The translations under genes and the position numbers were made by a program. This document shows positions 57,759 to 64,000 of a stretch of 64,000 bases of DNA, one piece after another (positions within the stretch are counted from its first letter, which is position 1; the number at the start of each line of letters is the position of its first letter). The notes beneath the pieces were generated by a model. That model was not told the DNA's origin. It ran no database searches and worked only from the letters and a program-made list of their open reading frames with translations. The stretch spans positions 32,511-96,510 of the forward strand of contig JAJCYA010000002.1 of NCBI GenBank assembly GCA_029263095.1, given 5' to 3'. Source of the stretch: Acidimicrobiia bacterium (GTDB lineage Bacteria; Actinomycetota; Acidimicrobiia; Spongiisociales; UBA11373).

Positions 57759-59583
57759 CTCCCCCGTGGAGGACGCCGTAGAGACGTTTTGCGACCTCAT
57801 CAGGGAGAACCTCCTTCAATTCATCGGCCTCTGCCTCTCGAATCCGCTTGAGCGACCCAAAACGCCTCAGAAGAGCTTTCTTGCGAGTCGGACCGATCCC
57901 GGACACATCATCCAGTACCGAGTCAACCATACGGCGTCCTCGCAGCTTCCTGTGGTAGGCGTTGGCAAACCGATGCGCCTCGTCGCGTATCTGTTGGAGG
58001 AGGTACAGCGCCTCCTCGCCACGGGGTATCCGGACCGGCTCGGCTCGACCCGGGAGGTACACCTCTTCCATACGCTTGGCCAGGCCGGCCACCGGAATAT
58101 CGAGGTCGAGCTCATCGACCACCTTCATCGCCCGTGAAACCTGCCCCGCTCCCCCGTCGACCAGCAGCAAGGAGGGCGGATACGCAAACTTGCCTCGCTC
58201 AGCGACCGGCTGCTCACGTTCGATCAGGTAGGCCGTGAATCGGCGGTGCAGCACCTCCTCCATGGAGGCAAAGTCATCCTGGCCTTCTACGTCACGCACC
58301 TTGAATCGCCGGTAGTGGCTACGCCGAGGGAGTCCGTCTTCCATGACCACCATCGACCCCACGGTGTCTCGCCCCTGAATCGTTGCGATGTCGAACGCCT
58401 CTATCCGCAGCGGTGGCTCGGGAAGACCGAGCACCTCTTGGATGGATCGCAGCGCCTTGGCGCGCGCGTTGTGATCACTCTGTCGTCGCAGGCGGTGACG
58501 AGCGAACGCCTCCTTGGCGTTGGCGGCGGCCGTTTCCATCAGCCGACGCTTGACTCCGCGCTGGGGAACCCGAAGGGAGACACCTGCCTGACGCCGGTAT
58601 TCGAGCCAATCGGACCACAGTTCCAAATCTGAGGGAAGCCTTTGGACGAGCACCTGGGGTGGCGGCCGCTCCGATCCATAGGCCTGGCTGAGCATCCGTT
58701 CAGTGAGCTCGGCGGTTGTCACGTCCTCGACTTTGTCCACGATCGTGCTGAGACGTCCGCTGACTCTGCCGTTGCGAACGTTGAGAACCACCAGCGAGGC
58801 CTCCAGATCGTCCTCCTCGATCGCAAACAAGTCGAAGTCCTCCTTACGCGTGGAGGCGACCTCTTGCTTGGCCAGCGCCTTTTCGATCGCAGCGAGCCGA
58901 TCACGGTGCCGAGCCGCCAACTCGAACTCGAGAGCTTCGGAGGCGGCTTCCATCTCGGAGCGGATCGCCTCCCCTATCGATTCACTGTTGCCTGATAGGA
59001 ACGCCGCCAGTCCATCGACGTACTGCTGATAGACCTCGGGCGTCACTTCGCCGACGCACGGGCCGGAGCAACGTTCGATGTGGAAGAGCAGGCAAGGGCG
59101 ACCCGATGCTTCGTGTCGCCGGTACTTGCCATTCGAACAGGTCCGCACCGGGAAGGTTCGAAGCAGAAGATCGAGCGTCTGACGAATTGCGTAGGCATGG
59201 GCGTACGGCCCGAAGTACTCGGTGCCGGAACGGCGACGCCCCCGCATCACGGTCGCTCGCGGCCACTCTTCAGAGCGGGTTATGGCGAGGAAGGGATATG
59301 ACTTGTCATCCCGCAGCCGAATGTTGAACCGGGGCCGGTGCTTCTGAATGAGGCTGTACTCGAGCATGAGCGCCTCGACCTCCGTGTCGGTGACGATCCA
59401 ATCGACCGAATCGGCAGCCGCGACCATTGCTCGTGTTCGAATGGCCAGGTCGCGCGAGAAGTAGGAGCCGACCCGTTTTCGAAGCGACTTTGCCTTTCCG
59501 ACGTAGAGGATCGCCCCGTGCACATCACGGAACTGATAGGCCCCAGGACCGTCGGGAATCTCCGCAGAAGGTGGGCGCTGCAC
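57736..59583 (-). CDS. uvrC: Excinuclease ABC subunit C
   Basis: N-terminal GIY-YIG (GAYQFRDVHGAILYVGKAKSLRKRVGSYF), a UvrBC domain and a C-terminal (HhH)2. Confidence 0.92.
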   Translation of the reverse strand: MQRPPSAEIPDGPGAYQFRDVHGAILYVGKAKSLRKRVGSYFSRDLAIRTRAMVAAADSVDWIVTDTEVEALMLEYSLIQKHRPRFNIRLRDDKSYPFLAITRSEEWPRATVMRGRRRSGTEYFGPYAHAYAIRQTLDLLLRTFPVRTCSNGKYRRHEASGRPCLLFHIERCSGPCVGEVTPEVYQQYVDGLAAFLSGNSESIGEAIRSEMEAASEALEFELAARHRDRLAAIEKALAKQEVASTRKEDFDLFAIEEDDLEASLVVLNVRNGRVSGRLSTIVDKVEDVTTAELTERMLSQAYGSERPPPQVLVQRLPSDLELWSDWLEYRRQAGVSLRVPQRGVKRRLMETAAANAKEAFARHRLRRQSDHNARAKALRSIQEVLGLPEPPLRIEAFDIATIQGRDTVGSMVVMEDGLPRRSHYRRFKVRDVEGQDDFASMEEVLHRRFTAYLIEREQPVAERGKFAYPPSLLLVDGGAGQVSRAMKVVDELDLDIPVAGLAKRMEEVYLPGRAEPVRIPRGEEALYLLQQIRDEAHRFANAYHRKLRGRRMVDSVLDDVSGIGPTRKKALLRRFGSLKRIREAEADELKEVLPDEVAKRLYGVLHGGGDVVGVV

Positions 59584-59661
59584 GATCCCCAGAGACTAGG
59601 TATTGGGCGCTGGGTATTGGGACGACCGGTCGCCGTCTACCCCACGCCCAACGCCCAACGC

Positions 59662-61800
59662 CTACATGTAGTACTCGGGTATGCAGTAGATGGCCAGCAT
59701 GTAGCCCATCCACGGCAACAGCCCCATCGGTATCAGAGCGGTCGACTTCCGGAGCCACATGCTCTGGCTGTAGCCGTGGTTGATCCCCCACCAACCGAAG
59801 AACGGCAGGAAGAAGAACGGGAACCACCCGCCCCAGAACGGAGTCAGGTTGATCGCCCACCAGAACCAGAAACCGACGTAGGCGACGAATAGACCCCACA
59901 TCCACGGCTGGAACCACGGCTGCCTACGGGGTCGGTACCACAAGTAGAAGGCGACCGGACCCAGCCAGAAGACCGGCAGCAGCAGGCCCCAGGTCGGTGA
60001 ACCGACCAAGAACATGAGCAGAGCCGCGACTCCTAGGTAGCCGCCGACCACGTACCAGTGCCATTGCAGCCACCAACTTCGGTGCCGTGCCCAGTAGTAG
60101 GCGTAGCCGGGGATGACGCCGAACCAACCGAGGAGCGGTAGCCACCACCAATTCGGCTGGAAGAACCACAGTCCCAGCAGCAGGAAGGGGATACCCACCC
60201 AGATCACCATGAACCAGGGAACCCAGCAGGACCACCATTCCTCTTCCTTGAAGTGATTGAAGATGGCGCAGAAGATCGTGAGTGCCAAGAACCCGATGAT
60301 CACGAAGCACCACCAGGGGCCCCACAGCGGGATCCACCATGCCAGGAACGGCAGGAATGTGAAGGGAACCACCCAGCACCACTTGGGACCGTGGATCACC
60401 CTCCAGCTATACCCGTGGCTGACGAACCACCAACCCAGGACGCCGAACCCCACCACCGGCAACCACCAGGCCCACCAGACCGTGAGGCTGATCACCCAGA
60501 TGAAGTTCCAGATCAGGTAGGCACCGGCGAAGCCCCACATCCACGGTTGCCACCACGGTTGACGGCTGCCCCGGAACCACAGGTAGAACCCCACCCACGG
60601 AACCCAGAACAGGGGGAACAGCAGGCCCCACTCGGGAGCACCTACCACGACCATCCCGACTCCCAGGGCCGCCAGGTATCCACCGACGACGTAGAGGTAC
60701 CACGGCTGCCACCAGGAACGTTTCTGCGCCCAGAACCATGTGTAGCCGCCGATGATCGGGAACCACGCAAGCAGCGGGACCCACCACCACGTCGGCCGCC
60801 ACCACCACATTCCTGCGAGCAGGAACGGTACCCAGGCAAAGATCACGATGAACCAAGGAATCCAGCAGGTCCACCAGTCGTAGGTCTTGAGCCAGATGTA
60901 AAGGATGGCGAGCAGCACCACCAGGAAGAGCGCGACAACGCCCCAGCACCACCAGCAGGTCTCGCTGGTGCGCTCTCGCGTGGTCGTAGAGGTGGTGGTT
61001 GTCGTTGCCGGCTCGGTGGTCTCGGTGGTCGTTGCGGCCTGCGTGGTCTCGGTCACGACGGCGGCCTGCGTGGTCTCTGTCACGACGGCGGCCTGAGTGG
61101 TCTCGGTCACGACGGCAGCCTGAGTGGTCTCGGTCACGACAGCGGCCTGCGTCGTCTCGGTCACGACGGGAGTGGCCTCTACCGGCACCCCACGCGATGT
61201 GTCGTAGACCGGCATCTCTCCGTGATACCCAAAACAGTCACCTTGAGGCTCAATGGTGATGCCGGTGAAGATGCTGGTCGTCGACTCGAAGCCGGCATCC
61301 TCGGTCCGCATGTGACCTGATGTCAGCTCGAGGTCTACAGCCGTATGACCGTTGATTGGGACACCCGAATCGACCAGTAGGGACCCGTTGGACATGATGC
61401 GCCACTCGCCGCCGACCTCGGGTCCCGCGGCGAAGGGGGCAGAATTCTGAGCGTACCCCTCCGACACGCCGTCATGGCGTTGGGTGCCGAACAAGTGGTC
61501 GAGCGTAAACACCTGTACGAACCAGGAGAAGTAGTCGGGCGGGACTCCCCCCGCCCAAGGAGCGGTCGGAAGGAGGTAGAGACATAGCGTTCCCGTTGGC
61601 GACGACATGGCCATGGCACTCTCGAACACGAAGCGTGGGTCGAGGCCAGCTTCCCCTACTGTCTGAGCAGCAAACAGTGCGGGTTGGGCACTCGGAACCG
61701 GGCCCGGATCGGCGGCGCTTGCCACTACCGCTCCACTCCCCAACACCGTAGACATAACGGTTGCGGTCAAGAACAACCGCAAACTGCGCGAACGTCGCAC
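59662..61800 (-). CDS. Extremely tryptophan-rich polytopic membrane protein with an N-terminal secreted domain, a TETTQAAVV x5 linker and an internally duplicated W-rich multi-TM domain (712 aa)
   Basis: Signal peptide MRRSRSLRLFLTATVMSTVLGSGAVVASA; tandem 9-aa repeats; then two ~190-aa repeats beginning CWIPWF.../CWVPWF..., each built from TM hairpins preceded by basic-WWQPW-type motifs (RPTWWW, KRSWWQPW, RQPWWQPW, QPNWWW, HRSWWLQW, RRQPWFQPW). Confidence 0.6.
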   Translation of the reverse strand: MRRSRSLRLFLTATVMSTVLGSGAVVASAADPGPVPSAQPALFAAQTVGEAGLDPRFVFESAMAMSSPTGTLCLYLLPTAPWAGGVPPDYFSWFVQVFTLDHLFGTQRHDGVSEGYAQNSAPFAAGPEVGGEWRIMSNGSLLVDSGVPINGHTAVDLELTSGHMRTEDAGFESTTSIFTGITIEPQGDCFGYHGEMPVYDTSRGVPVEATPVVTETTQAAVVTETTQAAVVTETTQAAVVTETTQAAVVTETTQAATTTETTEPATTTTTSTTTRERTSETCWWCWGVVALFLVVLLAILYIWLKTYDWWTCWIPWFIVIFAWVPFLLAGMWWWRPTWWWVPLLAWFPIIGGYTWFWAQKRSWWQPWYLYVVGGYLAALGVGMVVVGAPEWGLLFPLFWVPWVGFYLWFRGSRQPWWQPWMWGFAGAYLIWNFIWVISLTVWWAWWLPVVGFGVLGWWFVSHGYSWRVIHGPKWCWVVPFTFLPFLAWWIPLWGPWWCFVIIGFLALTIFCAIFNHFKEEEWWSCWVPWFMVIWVGIPFLLLGLWFFQPNWWWLPLLGWFGVIPGYAYYWARHRSWWLQWHWYVVGGYLGVAALLMFLVGSPTWGLLLPVFWLGPVAFYLWYRPRRQPWFQPWMWGLFVAYVGFWFWWAINLTPFWGGWFPFFFLPFFGWWGINHGYSQSMWLRKSTALIPMGLLPWMGYMLAIYCIPEYYM
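61017..61169. repeat. 27-bp tandem repeat (~5.7 copies) encoding the TETTQAAVV linker of the W-rich protein
   Basis: GGTCTCGGTCACGACGGCGGCCTGCGT units with 1-3 substitutions each. Confidence 0.85.
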
Positions 61801-61862
61801 TCCAGCCCTCCCTCAGAGACGAGTGCGAGTCTAGGTGCGGGGACAGTCGGCGTGCCGGGCGA

Positions 61863-62534
61863 TCAACGCCTCCACTTGGCCCCGATCAGTCGAGGAATCT
61901 GCGTTTGTGCTGCCAGCAGAGGATCTCCCGCGGGGTCGAGCGCGCGCTCGACGAGGCGTTCGAGTCGCCAACCTGCGTCGGCCGCGGCGGTCAGAAGATC
62001 ACCAAACGACCGGTGGTGAAAGACGACGGAGCTCGTTCCAGCCGGTTCGTTGGAGAATCCTCGGTCGAAGTACTCGCCCCACCGCCACAACACCTCACCG
62101 TCGCCGGGGTCTACGAACGGTCCCGACCCTGGAGCCGAGAAGACCGGATGGTTGGCCACCACGGCGAGTGTCCCGCCCGGGGCGACGACTCGGGCCGCCT
62201 CGGCAAAGAAGGGTTCCGGATCGGCAATGTGCTCCAGCACAAGCACGGCAAACGCGGCGGTCATGGCATCGGCCGCCAACGGAAGGTGTCCGACGTCCGC
62301 CACTACAGCCGGTCCTCGCACGGCCGCTACTCGCACAAGGTCGCGAGACACATCTACGCCGACTGCGCCGTACTGTTGCAGAAGCCGACCATCGCCACAC
62401 CCGAGATCAAGAGTCAAACCGCCGACGACACCGTCGAGCAGCTCGGCAAGGAGCGGATCGACATCGCGACGGTACGCCGGATCGCCTTCGACCTCTCCCT
62501 GCCACCAAGCGGCGGTCGGGCCGTCCCAGGTCAC
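61863..62534 (-). CDS. Class I SAM-dependent methyltransferase (223 aa)
   Basis: [11 protein letters not shown] (motif I) ...[10 protein letters not shown]. The substrate is unknown. Confidence 0.7.
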   Translation of the reverse strand: MTWDGPTAAWWQGEVEGDPAYRRDVDPLLAELLDGVVGGLTLDLGCGDGRLLQQYGAVGVDVSRDLVRVAAVRGPAVVADVGHLPLAADAMTAAFAVLVLEHIADPEPFFAEAARVVAPGGTLAVVANHPVFSAPGSGPFVDPGDGEVLWRWGEYFDRGFSNEPAGTSSVVFHHRSFGDLLTAAADAGWRLERLVERALDPAGDPLLAAQTQIPRLIGAKWRR

Positions 62535-64000
62535 CCCGAGAGAACCTCTCGCAGGAACTTGCCGGTATACGACTCGGGCACCGCAGCCACGACTTCCGGG
62601 CTCCCGGAAGCCACCACACGCCCGCCCTCGGCCCCGCCCTCAGGGCCCAGGTCGACAATCCAGTCGGCCGACTTGACCACGTCCAGGTTGTGCTCGATGA
62701 CCAGGACGGTGTTTCCGGCATCCACGAGCCGCTGCAGAACCATCAGCAGCTTGCGCACGTCCTCGAAGTGGAGACCGGTGGTGGGTTCATCGAGGATGTA
62801 GAACGTGCTGCCGGTGGAGCGCTTGCCCAACTCGCTCGCGAGCTTTACGCGCTGAGCCTCGCCGCCAGAAAGAGTCGGTGCCGACTGCCCAAGGCGGATA
62901 TACCCCAACCCGACGTCGAAGAGTGTCTGGAGGACGCGGGCGATCGGCGGCTGGTTCCCGAAGAACGCCAACGCCTCCTCGACCGACATCTCCAGTACGT
63001 CGGCGATCGAATGGCCTTTCCACAGGATCTCCAAGGTCTCCCGGTTGTAGCGCCGGCCCTTGCACTGCTCACAAGGGATGTACACATCGGGAAGGAAGTG
63101 CATCTCGATCTTGATGGTTCCGTCGCCCTTGCACGCCTCGCAACGGCCCCCTGCGACGTTGAATGAGAATCTGCCGGGCTTGTATCCGCGGGCCTTTGAC
63201 TCGGGAACCGAGGCAAAGAGGCCTCGAATCCGATCGAACAACTTGGTATAGGTCGCGGCGTTGCTGCGCGGTGTCCGCCCAATGGGTGACTGGTCGATGT
63301 TGATCACCTTGTCGATCTGATCGAGACCCTCGACCCGCTTGTGCGCGCCCGGGAGGTGCTTCGAGCGGTACAACTCGAAGTGCAGCGCCTTGGACAGGAT
63401 CTCCTCCACCAGCGTCGACTTCCCGCTGCCGGACACGCCCGTGACGGAGATGAACAATCCCAACGGAAATTCGACATCTATCTCTTGGAGGTTGTTTTCT
63501 GCGGCGCCGAGGACCCTGATCGACCTCTCGTCGGCCGGGCGCCGATGCTCGGGGAGGGGAATGCTGCGGCGACCAGCCAGGTAGTCGCCCGTTATCGAAG
63601 CTTCCTCGCCGATGATCGCCTCCAAGCTCCCCTCGGCAACTATGTGGCCGCCGTGTTCGCCTGCCCCAGGTCCGATATCCACGATGTGATCGGCAATCCG
63701 GATCGTCTCCTCATCGTGCTCGACGACCACGACGGTATTGCCTAGATCGCGCAGTCGTAGCAGCGTCTCGATCAGGCGTTGATTGTCACGCTGGTGCAAG
63801 CCGATCGACGGTTCATCGAGGATGTAGAGGACCCCCACTAATCCCGACCCGATCTGAGTGGCGAGGCGGATCCGCTGCGCCTCGCCACCGGCCAGCGTCG
63901 CCGCCGAACGAGCAAGCGTGAGATAGTCCAAACCGACGTCGAGCAGGAACGCCAGGCGGGCACCGACTTCCTTGAGGATCGCCTCGGCGATCTTGTGGTC
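62531..64000 (-). CDS. uvrA: Excinuclease ABC subunit A (C-terminal ~490 aa; the N-terminus lies beyond the window end)
   Basis: ABC signature LSGGEAQR twice, zinc-finger CEACKGDG...CEQCKG, Walker [10 protein letters not shown]. Confidence 0.92.
   Translation of the reverse strand, partial: DHKIAEAILKEVGARLAFLLDVGLDYLTLARSAATLAGGEAQRIRLATQIGSGLVGVLYILDEPSIGLHQRDNQRLIETLLRLRDLGNTVVVVEHDEETIRIADHIVDIGPGAGEHGGHIVAEGSLEAIIGEEASITGDYLAGRRSIPLPEHRRPADERSIRVLGAAENNLQEIDVEFPLGLFISVTGVSGSGKSTLVEEILSKALHFELYRSKHLPGAHKRVEGLDQIDKVINIDQSPIGRTPRSNAATYTKLFDRIRGLFASVPESKARGYKPGRFSFNVAGGRCEACKGDGTIKIEMHFLPDVYIPCEQCKGRRYNRETLEILWKGHSIADVLEMSVEEALAFFGNQPPIARVLQTLFDVGLGYIRLGQSAPTLSGGEAQRVKLASELGKRSTGSTFYILDEPTTGLHFEDVRKLLMVLQRLVDAGNTVLVIEHNLDVVKSADWIVDLGPEGGAEGGRVVASGSPEVVAAVPESYTGKFLREVLSG

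Noticed and set aside
59662-61800. Possible TspO/MBR-family assignment for the W-rich repeats
   Set aside because: Trp richness and multi-TM character are shared, but I could not match the TspO signature motifs (e.g. KPxWWPP, LNxxW) by eye. It is left as unclassified.

Overview
High-GC (~68%) actinobacterial chromosomal segment; the gene content (Pup-proteasome ATPase ARC, an F420-type deazaflavin nitroreductase, a mycobacterial-type DUF222/HNH '13E12' protein) points to Actinomycetota, and the genus cannot be assigned from sequence alone. Conserved housekeeping genes: arc (partial), ferredoxin, trmI, lysA, an MprAB-like two-component system, an oppABCDF-type peptide ABC operon, secG, gpmA, tpiA, pgk, yvcK, rapZ, ogt, uvrC and uvrA (partial). 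Between them lie many accessory genes for secreted proteins, lipoproteins and membrane proteins carrying Thr/Pro-rich linkers. Four things stand out. (1) A degenerate ~4.1-kb island at tRNA-Leu(GAG), flanked by a 60-bp direct repeat of the tRNA 3' half. It carries a B12-binding radical-SAM enzyme translationally coupled to a small RHH-like protein and an O-methyltransferase. Inside it are two remnants of a large serine recombinase C-terminus, each followed by a near-identical 70-bp double-hairpin repeat, and a REP13E12-like DUF222-HNH gene sits alongside (the phiRv1 paradigm). (2) An extraordinarily tryptophan-rich polytopic membrane protein with an internal ~190-aa duplication and a 27-bp VNTR-type linker, inserted with a methyltransferase between uvrA and uvrC. 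(3) Two paralogous modules of ECF sigma factor plus membrane anti-sigma, each divergently paired with a secreted beta-propeller protein and each preceded by the palindrome GAAGCGCTT(C). (4) An alpha/beta hydrolase whose fold is split by a four-helix membrane insertion. No rRNA or CRISPR array was seen; one intact tRNA and one partial tRNA copy are present. All calls rest on manual reading of the six-frame translations; no database search was run.
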